Origin: Hydrurus foetidus
Lineage: Eukaryota
Length of the DNA: 43,393 bases
Direction: 5' to 3'
NCBI GenBank assembly: GCA_900617105.1
Contig: UYFQ01000374.1
Coordinates: forward strand, 1-43,393
Below the pieces are notes generated by a model that was not told the origin of the DNA, ran no database searches, and saw nothing but the letters and a program-made list of their open reading frames with translations. Both the position numbers and the translations under genes were made by a program. The first letter of the stretch is position 1. The number at the start of each line of letters is the position of its first letter. Positions 1 to 11,591 of this stretch are shown piece by piece.

Positions 1-1227
1 TTTCAATTTATCCTCTTTTGAATGCTTCGAGTGTTTCGAATGCTTTTCATCCTTTCCGCTTTTCTTAGCTTTCTTATCTTTCTTTTCGTCCTTTCCCATC
101 GCGTATTTGCAGCACGAACCAAGCACTGTGAGTAATTGATGGTACAAATATGAACCACACCATTAAATCTCCACATGAGTCACCATGATCAATCTGTAAT
201 GCAGGAAGTTGCAAACAAACAGCACGCGTACTCAACCGTTGTAAGAGCAGCTTTGTAGTCTGGAGTCACAGTAATTACTCAAAACTATCCATTAAAGAAG
301 CCGAAAACCAGTCGATGAGGGCGCCCTGATTCGGCAACTGATTAAATAATGCACTTATCCTTTCAGACATGAGGTTTGATGACTCGAAGTTGAAGTGGCA
401 GCAGGGGCTAGTGATGGAATGTTATCGATGATAATTATCGAAGCAGCGAATAGTATGGAATCGGAGCAAATCAGAGTGAGATGAATTAAGAATCCTGACC
501 CTCCCCCTTCCTCACATACGATTAAATAATCCTCTCTGATTATTTTCATCCACTTGACCGTGTCGCTGATTATTTTCCCAAACAGAATGCTCTTAGCTTT
601 TATCGGAAAAAAAATCTTGGCTTTATCAATTATAAAAAAAGATATGTATCTTTCTGCCACAGTATCAAAGGGGTCATTTTTGCTAAGGGGTCATCAAATG
701 ACCCCTAAGCAGGATCCACAGTATCAGTCTACAGCACTGTGTACTTACTATATCAGAACCAGGTACATTCCATCCATGCTTTCTAAAAAAATCTCAAAAA
801 TAGAAAAATGGGGTGTTGCAGCTGACCGGAATGGACAACCAAATCTTTCCTGAGTACTGGGCACTGTACTTGTGCAAATGATCATTGTGCTCTTCTTTAT
901 TTTAAACTCACAGCAAAATGAAATATAAATCAATACAAAAAGAGTGCTTGAAATGCATAACGTAAAAGAATAAAGATATACGCAAGGAGGGATACTAAAC
1001 TAAATCATGTGAATGTAATGCTAAAAGGGATCCTTCTCACTGCAGAGACGGAAGGCTTCATTCAGATACTTCTAGTAATGTTCGACAGATGGGTCTGTTA
1101 GATTCCTCTGTATTTATCTCTATCATTAAATTAGTTACGTACGGCGAGACATGTCCGACATCGTCACGTCTATTGCGTTCCATCGCATCGCCTTTAGATC
1201 AGCCATCAGTTGGACTGTTAGTAGTTG

Positions 1228-3502
1228 TTACGCGGAGTAGCCCACGAGAAGTGGAACGGCTCCGAGCGCCTGCAAGTCACAGTTAGCGTTAGTGATGAAG
1301 TGAAGTGAGGTGAGGTGACTTAAAATGTCCACAGGCATACAATTAGAAGATGGTGCTCACAGAACGGTACTGCATACGTGTAATATGGTGTATGTGATCA
1401 GAGATGTGTTTCGCATAATGCAGTAAGTAACGGTCAAACCTCGTTGAGCGATTGGACAAGCGGTAACATCAACAGGTGTGGTACCGTGTTGTAAAGGAAG
1501 CGATGCAGCTGGTAGTACAAGTTGCCCGCAATGTGGTTGTAGGCGAATGGCGATGCGACGATTCCGTTCACAAGGAAGAACTCTTCCTTGGTGACGATGG
1601 TGTACAGTCCCTCTGCCATGATAGTCTCTACAGACGACACTCTCTCCTCTCCTGTGACTGTCATCACGCAGTCACTCACCGCCACCTGGGATGCATGCTT
1701 GAGGGGAAGCGGTGAGGACGAGCCGCATGCACCTGCTGGAAGCACGTGACTCTTGGTCATCTTGATGTCTCGGCCGCTAGCAGTGGTGATGTGCACGAAC
1801 ATGGCAGAGTCTCTGTTGGCGCTGTGTGGCACGAACACCACTTCAGAGAAGGATATCCTACCCGCGGCATCTGCTGCTTGCACACGGTCACCAGCCGTGA
1901 TGAGAGAAATCTGTCGGTCCTCACCGCTTTCTAGTCGGACAGTCTCAGTGCCAGCGAAACAACCTTTGTTGGAGCTGGATGAGCCTGAGCTGGCAATTGA
2001 TGTAGAAGGTGCAGAGCTGCCAGGTGTTTGGGACGGGCTACCAGGCGTTTGAGACGGGCTGCCGGGTGTTTGGGACGGGCTACCAGGTGTTTGAGACGGG
2101 CTACGAGGTGTTTGAGACGGGCTACCAGGCGTTTGAGACGGGCTACCAGATGTTTGAGAAGCGCCGACGATTCCGTACACAGTTCCTTCGTAGCACTCAC
2201 CCACCGTGATCGGAGTGTCAATCATATAGCCAGTGCATTGCTGGTCGGCATACGTTTTGACAGTCAGCGATCCTGTAGCTAACAAATAGAAATCATGCGC
2301 TTAAAAGTCAGGGAGATTACCAGCAACATCGCTGTTCATGCGATACGATGCGATGAGATAGATGCAAGAGTCGGATAGCTACGTACAAGCAGTGAAATAT
2401 ACCATACACATTGCTTCGATGAAAACAGCGGCATTTCACGTTTACTTCGGTAACACTTTTCTTACCAGAAACAGAAAACATGTAATCTTCATCATCGACA
2501 CAGGTATCCAACGGTCGATGTACAATGAAGTTGGGGACTTTTTCGCAAGTAATTAAATTGCTTCTGTGGAAATAGAAATGGTCTAGACGGTGAGTTTTTC
2601 AGTTGTGGTAGTTTGCAGAATTACTCATATGGATTCTCTCACAACTTCTCTACTACTCACATAAGGCAGCACGATGATGACTGGTGGAAATGACGGAAAA
2701 ACGTAATGTGAGAAATGTTTAGGACGACATGACGTACCCGCTCAAACTCACTAAGGCTGAAGATAAAGTGGGGACCCCGTTTGACATGCGAAACATACAG
2801 AGAAAAAATCCTCAAAATGTCGACGTTCAAAATAATTCCACCCAAGTTCTACCCCGAGGATTTGAGGATTTCTGGAATCTTGAAAACGAAACCTCAGATT
2901 CTGAGGTTTCATTTCGTCAGATCTTGGGTACAGCGACGTCGACGTTTGAGGATTTGAGGATTTGAGGATTTTTTCGGTGTATGTTTCGTATGTGAGCTGA
3001 CGAATACCGTTTGACCACGAACGCATTCACTAGAGTAGGCTGAAGGTGTCCCAGTCGATTTTATCTTGGTGCATTCCTCGTCGGAGTAGAGGGGGTAAAA
3101 GAAAGTGGTCGCAGTGGCAGTTAGCGTTTCATAGGTGTTGGGCGCATTTGACACCGTGCATTTATTGAGGATGTAGGCTCTCGAGACTCGAAACTTCGTG
3201 CATGTCGAGTCATTGTAAAATACGTCTGCCAAATAGCCTGTCAATGGCGTCGTGGACTGCAGCAGCCTGCCATGGGGGAATGTTTGCGGGGAGCCCAAGA
3301 CGGAATTATATGCTCGTTTGGAAAGCGCGGAAATTCGAGAAAATGCTTCCGTTTCTCCAATTACAGGGGAGTCACTCACTGCAGGTTGGTTGGGAGCAGG
3401 TAAATCTACATCATTTAAGGACAACTCTCGAAGATGATGAGAAGCACTGGAGTTTGGAAGTAGCAATGCTGTTGCAGCCAGCAGGAAGTGTATGAAAATC
3501 AT
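1228..3502 (-). CDS. Secreted Hint-domain (Hog-like autoprocessing) protein, multi-exon; exon 1 interrupted by a MITE, so probably a disrupted allele
   Basis: ATG 3502 gives signal-like MIFIHFLLAATALLLPNSSA, followed by Cys modules (YNDSTC, YSDEEC, YADQQC) and an SPSQTPG linker. The Hint domain at about 1961-1545 runs G-CFAGTETV...MTKSHVL...FLVNGIVASPF. Last exon 1269-1228 encodes ALGAVPLLVGYSA* after a tgcag acceptor. Internal exon boundaries between 2740 and 2280 are partly ambiguous. Confidence 0.85.
2016..2158 (-). repeat. Coding 21-bp tandem repeat (SPSQTPG x6-7), Ser/Thr/Pro linker before the Hint domain
   Basis: Repeated gacgggctaccaggygtttga units on the + strand; translation is visible in ORF 1434..2285. 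Confidence 0.95.
2785..2992. mobile_element. 208-bp MITE with 3-bp TSD (TGA)
   Basis: Left end catgcgaaacatacagagaaaaaatcctcaaa; reverse complement of right end catacgaaacatacaccgaaaaaatcctcaaa. tga lies at 2782-2784 and 2993-2995. Removing the element plus one TSD restores the frame ...VFVSS/NGVPTLSSALVSLS. Confidence 0.9.
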
Positions 3503-5344
3503 TTTCCTTTGTGGTAGATTCACCTTATTCTGTTTCTACGTACTGTATAGTAGAGTGGTGGCGAAGTCAAATTTTCAACTCCATTCCTGGGCGGCGCACT
3601 ATTCGCGGGAACGATAAAACGTCTCCGATAAAATTTCAATAACCCAGGGGATATAAGGGTCATTCTATACCGCCACTTTTTTGGCCATTTTTGCCAAATT
3701 CTGGAGAATTCAGATGAATTCAGTCGATTTTAACCATTGAATTCTTCTGAATTCAACACCCCCAAAAACAGGCCATCGAATTCAATCGAGAAATTGAATT
3801 CAGCAGAATTCAAATACAAAGCTTCTTAATTACACTATACCATCGAATCGTCGACAGTGCAGCATATCCTAGAATCTCAAGCTGGAATGGCTGAAAATAG
3901 CAGTGAGAATCTAGCGTCCAGTGCGCTCGACGATGAAATCACAAGGATCTGTGGATTTTCAGAGGAAGAATTGTTGCGAGCAAAAGGAAGTTCAAAATTA
4001 TCCGGCATTTCTCTTACAGTTGCGAAACAGCTTTCGAGTCACCTTTCACTCAACCGAAGCTACAACAAAAGCACCTTGCTGGACAACATTATCAAAAAAC
4101 GTCAGCGTGTCACTGAGTTAGCGGTAGTGCACGAAGCTGAAGCGGAAGGGGAGGATAGCGATGTGGACTCTCGAAAGTTTTTGTCCAATCAGAACACTTT
4201 CCCGCGATTGTGTAACATTATTCTCGACTATCCTGATGCCGTTGTCCGGTCCGCGGTGCTGGCCAGCAAATACGCCCTCCAAAACAAAGAGACTAACCAG
4301 AATCAGCCTATCTTTACAGAGACCCGTGAGAAGTTCAATGATGCTACATTCAACAGTGGAGGTATCGTAGGTGATCATCCTGAACTCATCAGAGCCAAAA
4401 TAGATCCTGAAAAGCACAACAATGGAAAAATCTCAGCCAAGAAAATCTTCAAACTCTTTAACTCAGTCATTCGACAGTACGCTCACATCTCAACAAAGTA
4501 TACGGCTTCTGGGCAACACAATCAACATGATTTTTTTAATTACTGTCACGGTAATTTGAATGCCCTGTATTTACACTTAAAATTAAGTAAACTTGGAGAC
4601 CCAGAATTGAACTCTTACTGCCATGAAGGTGCCGATGTTGACGGTAAGTATCACAGACTTATGCTTGTTATAATTCTCATTTATTTTCTACTCTAATTGT
4701 TGCGAAATCTCGATGATTTACAGGTGGACTTGATACTTCCCTAACCCCATCATTGGAGATAACCAGCAGAAAAACATCTCGATCTTCAACTCAGGAGAAG
4801 TCATTACGAGATTTCACTGATATTTACAAGAAGAAATTTGAGTCGTCCGAGGAGTTGAAAGTTATGGGACTATCCGTTCATCAAGCGATGATCACGAAGA
4901 ATAAAGATATTTCGAAACTTGCTGTGTTACAGAATATAGAAATCTTACAGAGACAGATTGATGCGGCGGAAGATAGACCGAACTTCGACCGACTTTTACC
5001 CAGTGATAGATGGGTATTTTACACCGATTCACTGGTTATTCAAATGGCTGAATACAAGAAGCTGACTGCCGATCCTACTCCCGTGCGCGTCGAAAGTAGT
5101 ATAACTCCATCAGCGAGGTGAGATCATCCACTTTACCAACTTACTCAACTGATATGTCCCTCATTGAATCTCATAATGATAAAATAGTGCGAGGCATGTA
5201 TCAAGTCGTCCTCGACCTGAATGTAATAACCAGCAAGAGAGACAAAATCAGTATAGTATGATCGATGGAGATACGAACGATTGCGAAGAGGAGGATATAG
5301 AATTGAGCGACATAGCTCACGCTTTCGATCATGTAGATGAAACA

Positions 5345-5467
5345 CAATGGGATGATAGAAGTGTCAGTGCAAGTGCATCGAGTCAGTCGAGTGATGCTGC
5401 ACAATGGAATGACAGAGGTGTCAGTGCAAGTGCATCGAGTCAGTCGAGTGATGCTGCACAATGGAAT
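5345..5467 (+). repeat. 57-bp minisatellite, left part (about 2 units)
   Basis: Unit atgacagaggtgtcagtgcaagtgcatcgagtcagtcgagtgatgctgcacaatgga, encoding DRGVSASASSQSSDAAQWN. Confidence 0.95.
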
Positions 5468-5729
5468 TGTAGCCTTATTGCATTCCTAAGGGGATACAAT
5501 GTGTCTAGGTTAACTAGGTACAATAGGTATATTACGCCCAGATTCCACTTTTAGGTCTTAGTTCCACATATGACGTGAATGCACTTTAGCGTACACATCA
5601 CTTGTATATACTCAACTGTAAGATACTAACACAAGTTTATTCCACCTATCCTTGCTTCCCTTGCCCACCGCTTGCATCAACCGTCCACCAATTTTAGCTC
5701 CAACGTCCTAGGCCCCGCCCCAGACCACA
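5468..5729 (+). repeat. 5' LTR (262 bp)
   Basis: tgtagcctta...cagaccaca; identical to the 3' LTR except one T/C (cttgcatcaa vs cttgcaccaa). Confidence 0.97.
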
Positions 5730-5832
5730 ATATCGATATTCGGTCGATACCGAAGCTTTATTCTTCGTGAGAAATTCGTTTCTCCGCTTCATCAACTTTA
5801 TATCCATCACCTATTTCCGACAGTCGAAGACA

Positions 5833-7391
5833 ATGGCTCTCCGACGCCAGGACAAGAGGATTAGCACCATCAACTCCCTTCGCCGACAACGACAGCCTCC
5901 TAGAGCTGTCGCCGTCGCCTTCCGACAACGTTACGAGGAGCACCACAATCGTGGAGGAGATAGCATCGAGTCTCCTGGGCCACCTGCGGCTCAGGACCCC
6001 GCCGGCGACCTGTCTGCACCGATTCCTCAGCGGAATTCGGAGCCTGCGGTCTCGTCTGTTATTGATGCTCCTGTTTTATCTGCTTTATCCGCTCTAACGT
6101 TATCACCAGTTTCGACTGCGACACCAGCTTCGGCTGAGATACCAGCTTCGGCTGCGACACCAGATTCGTCTGCGACACCAGCTTCGGCTGAGATTCCTCG
6201 TTCGATGGCACCACCTCAGCACTATGTGCAGACGGGTGAGAGAGCTCCTAAGTTGAGCGCCGTGCCCTCTCGTCAGGAAGTACTACGGGTAATGGAGGTC
6301 CTCCTTTCAAATGGAACTCCATTTAAACCAGTTGATGTAATCCATGTTTCCAACCATCAATCGTTTACAACGCTTCTCAAGCGTAAGTTTGCAACTGATC
6401 CCGATCGTCGCGACTCCTGTAACAATTGGAAACATTGGTCGAATCAATTGTTCTGTAGAGAACTCAATCTCACAGTTCCTACATCAGCTGTCAATCGAAC
6501 TGACAAGCTGAGTTTCATTGAAACTGTCTCTCAGGTCGCACTTCAATTCGACCTGAAGGATAAATCAGTGGAAGACAAGACAGATCAGCTTTTAGCTGAT
6601 ATTGTTGATGGATTCCCTGATGCAACACCCGCTCTCCAACTTCAGGCAACCAAAATTCTAATCGATAAGTTGCCTGTCGAACCTATCAATTGGAGAGCAG
6701 TGTTACAGCGTAGTCTTAACAATACAACGCCAAGACTCATTACAATCGAAGACTTTCGATTCGTATGGCTTGCGCAGCTTGCTAAGCTACGAGAATCAAT
6801 TGATGCCTTACGGTTCATTGATGTCTCTCCTTTGTATGGTGATCACTCTCGCCAAATCAAAGCTCCTCCTCGTTCCTCTCAGGACAAAATCAAAAACGTC
6901 CACGAGAGAGCGAACAATCAGTGCAATCAGACAAGTCTGACAAATTCGAAAGACCTCTGTGCACAGGTTGTGGGAGACTCGGCCATTTCGTCGCCACGTG
7001 TTTCTACACTACGTCTCCGTACTATAACAGTACAGACGCACCCTATATCAACTCTGAGGGTCATAAGCAGTTGTTGAAAGTCGATTCAAAGGCTAAGTTT
7101 ATTCCAACTTTACCTAAGACATCGACCTCTTCTTCATCGTCTTCCTCTTCTTCTTCCTCTTCGTCAAAACCTGCTACTTCAACAGCAGACTCGACAAACG
7201 CTGCGAAGAAACACAAAGGTGAGCAACTATGCAACCTAAATTCATCATCTATTCTTTCCGATGATCCAGAACTTATTCCTTTCTTCGTATCTCCCCTCTC
7301 ACAGGAGGTTATGCTGGAAAAAGTAATAGAGTCTTTACTCTCCTGGACACCGGCTCTTTTGCTGGCAACTTTATACATCGCCGCATCATAA
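5833..7391 (+). CDS. gag: Gag (frame break near 6880; CCHC zinc knuckle)
   Basis: ATG 5833 MALRRQDKR. The ORF shifts into the 6921 frame, which carries CTGCGRLGHFVATC; the unspliced frame stops at 7391. Confidence 0.8.
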
Positions 7392-10300
7392 TTAATCATA
7401 ATTTCACACAATTCGTATCTAACTCTTCAAAGAAATTGTGTAAAGTTTGTAGTGGATTAGATAATCATTGTTATGATATTTCTGACACTATAGACTTAAC
7501 TCTTTCTTATTTTTGCCCTGATTTAAATAATTATTATACTTTTCAAATCACGGCTTATGTTTTAGACGATTCAAAATTTGATCTAATAGTGGGACGAAAA
7601 ACAATTCGCGAATTGAATTTGTTTTCACGTTTCCCCGAGCAAATATCTGCCAATGCTTCATCAAGCACTACCTCATTAGCGGAAGTTTTATCTTCTGAAC
7701 AAGTGGATATAACGTGTGGCTGTCAGCCTAAGGAGAAGTTGCAACCCTCTGATGGCTCCCCAAAGGTCGATCCTTTAACCCAAAAGGTGAAACCGGCAGT
7801 AACCCAAACACACGTTATTCTAGCTTCACTAATACAAGAGTCTGAAAGACTTTTTGAGGCTGTGCCCCCTGATGAGGACGAAATCGACGACTCGATCAAG
7901 GACTCGTTTTCACCTTGGATAGATGAATTTCCTGATACTGACCCACTCTCGCTAATAAACTTAGCAGGTGATGAAGATCAGAAAAATAAACTTCGGTTAC
8001 TAGTACACGAATTCAAGGATATATTTAGCAGTGAACTTTCGGCCACTCCTGCTAATATTCCACCGTTTGACTTTCATGTCAATGACGACCAATGGAGAGT
8101 TCCTAAAAATAGACAACCTCCATGGGCTAAATCAACAGTTGATCAAGCTGACATTCTCAGTCAAATTAAAAACTTGAAAAACAAAATATTGTTGAAAAAT
8201 CAAACGCGGCTTATTATAGCCAAGTTTTACTAGTTCCAAAATCTGATGGAACTAAGCGCATGTGTATTGATTTTCGGAATCTCAACAATTGTACCGAAGA
8301 TAAATCACATCCTATTCCACACATCGGTGAGATGTTGCGTAGAATAGGTGCACATAAAGCAAAAGTGTTTGCTGTACTTGACCTCACTCAAGGTTACCAT
8401 CAAGCACCACTTACACTTGCTGCACGTGCTTATACTGCATTCATACTTTTCTGCGGAGTATATCAATTCACTCGTTTACCCTTTGGGCCTAAACAAGCAC
8501 CCTCCTATTTCCAACAGATTATGACGACTGTTGTGTTAGCAGGTCTGATATACTCTATATGCGAAATGTACATAGATGATTGCAATGTTTTCGGTAAAGA
8601 CATTGACGAACTTATTTCTAGACTTCGTCTTGTGTTTGATCGTTTTAGAAAACACAAAATATTCCTTAAACCGAATAAGTGTTATCTAGGCTATGCCGAA
8701 ATAGATTATGTTGGCAAAGTTCTATCTGCAGATGGACTTAGAATGTCACAAGAAAAAATACGGACTGTCTTAGATTTTCCTAAACCAGTACTATCTAAAC
8801 AACTCAAAAGTTTTTTAGGATTGGTTAATTATTTTCACGACTTTGTTAGAAACGCTTCTACTGTTGTATACCCGTTACATCAGTTGCTTCTTAACTATAA
8901 TAAGTATAAGAAAATAACTTGGACAATAGAAGCTCTCAGAGCATTCAATTTGATCAAATCTGAGATTTCAAAATGCACGACTATGCACTTTTTAAGTGAC
9001 ACCGATCCGATATACTTGCACACTGATGCATCGGACTACGGTGTAGGTGCCTATCTTTTCCAGTTAGTTGACGGTCAAGAGACGCCCATAGCATTTGTCA
9101 GTAAATCACTTAACAAAGCTCAGCTTCGTTGGGCTGTTATACAAAAAGAAGCATATGCTATCTTTTATTCGTGCACGTATTTAAAATCGCTATTACGTGA
9201 TCGTACGTTTACATTGCGTACAGATCATCGTAACTTGTTATACATCAAGGATAATTCAAATCCAATGATTGTTCGGTGGTTTATGGCCTTATCCGAATAT
9301 TCATTTAAAATTGAATATATACCTGGTGCTAACAATGATATAGCTGATTCGATGTCTCGACTCTGTCGCAATAACATGGTTGATTTCCCTCAGGAATATA
9401 CTCCTGATGCAATCATGTCTGCTAATACTATTGAAAAATTCAAACTAACACGTGATCAGTACAATACAATCAGTAAAGTACACAATTCACAAGTTGGGCA
9501 TTTTGGCCTTGAGCGCACTCTAAAGCGTCTCATTGACAAAAAGATAGTATGGCAATATATGCGTCAGCATGTCAGGTGGTTCATAGATCACTGTTCGTGT
9601 TGTCAGAAAATGAGTATGTTAAAGATACCAATACATGCTCATGGTTTCTCGACTTCTACTTACACACCTATGGAATGCCTTAACATAGACTTCATAGGAC
9701 CGTTTCCAGACGGCGGGTACGTACTCGTAATTATCGATACGTTCACAAGATGGGTTGAACTGTTTCATACAGAAGATGCTACAGCACTTTCAACAGCTAA
9801 ATGCCTCTTGCAACACTTCGGTCGTTTCGGCGCACCTCTCCAACTCCGTTCTGATAATGGGCCACACTTCATTTCCGAAGTTATTAGAGAGTTTCTAACT
9901 CTTATTGGCACTCAACATTGTCTTACTTTAGCATATTCTAAAGAAGAAAATGCTATTGTTGAGCGCATGAATAAAGAAGTTAATAGACATCTTCGTGCAT
10001 TAACATTCGATAATGTCACACTAGAAGATTATAAAACGTCACTTCCATTTGTGCAACGAATTTTAAATTCTAATCACAGTGACCGTTTAAAAATATCATC
10101 TTCTCAACTTCTTTTCGGAAATGTACTCAAACTCGATAGAGGTATCTTTTTACCTCCTGCTGAGCGAAATGTTACTGATGACAAACCTTTGTCAAAGCGT
10201 ATGAGCAATCTACTCAAAACGCAAGACAGTCTTCTTAAAGCTTCTGCTAAAGAACTTCTTCGCACAGATTTGCTTCATCAAAGTCAGTCTCAAATTTTTC

Positions 10301-10740
10301 AGCATGTAGAGTATCCAAAAGACTCTTATGTCTTGGTGCACTATCGCGATGGAACTCCTCCTTCACGTCTTCACACGCATTGGAGAGGCCCATTAAAAGT
10401 CGTTAGTGGCGAAAATTCGCGTTACACACTTTATGATCTAGTCACTCAGAAAACTTCAGAGTTTCATGTTTCTGCAATGAAACCTTTTCTATTTGACCCT
10501 TCAATCACAAATCCGTTGGATGTTGCACGACGTGATCACATGGAATACTTTGTTGAAGACATTCTTGATCATCGTGGCAAACACCAACGTACCCACATAG
10601 AGTTTTTAGTCAAATGGTTAAATTACCCTTCAGACAAAAACACTTGGGAACCTTATTCAAGTCTTCGTGATGTTGATAAACTTCATGATTATTTACGTCA
10701 TAATAACATGAATAAATTAATCAATAAGCAACATCGATGA
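7305..10740 (+). CDS. pol: Pol: protease, RT, RNase H, integrase, chromodomain (one frameshift near 8170)
   Basis: LLDTGS near 7340; RMCIDFR, LDLTQGYHQ, LPFG, YIDD; TDASDYG; H-H-CSCC, IDF/SDNG/E; WRGPLKV; chromodomain YFVEDILDHR...FLVKW...TWEP. Frame shift at attaaaaacttgaa. Confidence 0.95.
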
Positions 10741-10920
10741 CTTAATATATATTGAAACTTTATCCATGAGGATTCTCTCCTATTTTTTTTACCTACGGGT
10801 CTTTTTTGGAGAGTTTAGTCAGTAAAAGTCTGACATAATCGTTTCATCTATATCTCATATATATGTTTTACATATCTTTTCTTTTGTTTCTTTTTTTTGT
10901 ATATCATATCAAAGAACTTC

Positions 10921-10940
10921 AAAAAAGGAAGAAGGGGTAG
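10921..10940 (+). other. Polypurine tract
   Basis: aaaaaaggaagaaggggtag immediately before the 3' LTR. Confidence 0.9.
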
Positions 10941-11202
10941 TGTAGCCTTATTGCATTCCTAAGGGGATACAATGTGTCTAGGTTAACTAGGTACAATAGG
11001 TATATTACGCCCAGATTCCACTTTTAGGTCTTAGTTCCACATATGACGTGAATGCACTTTAGCGTACACATCACTTGTATATACTCAACTGTAAGATACT
11101 AACACAAGTTTATTCCACCTATCCTTGCTTCCCTTGCCCACCGCTTGCACCAACCGTCCACCAATTTTAGCTCCAACGTCCTAGGCCCCGCCCCAGACCA
11201 CA
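10941..11202 (+). repeat. 3' LTR (262 bp)
   Basis: Direct repeat of 5468-5729. Confidence 0.97.
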
Positions 11203-11204
11203 GA

Positions 11205-11591
11205 ATGACAGAGGTGTCAGTGCAAGTGCATCGAGTCAGTCGAGTGATGCTGCACAATGGAATGACAGAGGTGTCAGTGCAAGTGCATCGAGTCAGTCGA
11301 GTGATGCTGCACAATGGAATGACAGAGGTGTCAGTGCAAGTGCATCGAGTCAGTCGAGTGATGCTGCACAATGGAATGACAGAGGTGTCAGTGCAAGTGC
11401 ATCGAGTCAGTCGAGTGATGCTGCACAATCGGATGACAGAGGTGTCAGTGCAAGTGCATCGAGTCAGTCGAGTGATGCTGCACAATGGAATGACAGAGGT
11501 GTCAGTGCAAGTGCATCGAGTCAGTCGAGTGATGCTGCACAATGGAATGATAGAGGTGTCAGTGCAAGTGCATCGAGTCAGTCGAGTGATG
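11205..11591 (+). repeat. 57-bp minisatellite, right part (about 6.8 units)
   Basis: Same unit as 5345-5467, head-to-tail with no spacers. Confidence 0.95.

Larger units (their letters stand above)
5468..11202 (+). mobile_element. Full-length Ty3/Gypsy chromovirus LTR retrotransposon
   Basis: TG...CA LTRs at 5468-5729 and 10941-11202; 4-bp TSD gaat at 5464-5467 and 11203-11206; domain order gag-PR-RT-RH-IN-chromodomain; PPT at 10921-10940. Confidence 0.97.

Noticed and set aside
1..868. ORFs 355-660 and 554-853 and a possible Tc1/mariner-like end (gggcactg|ta at 866)
   Set aside because: No recognisable protein motif, and any partner TIR would lie outside the window.
1545..1961. Intein
   Set aside because: No terminal His-Asn followed by Cys/Ser/Thr and no split host protein; the architecture is Hedgehog-type Hint.
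11205..11591. Regular 57-bp repeats resembling a CRISPR array
   Set aside because: Units are head-to-tail with no unique spacers, in a eukaryotic context, and in frame within a transposon gene.
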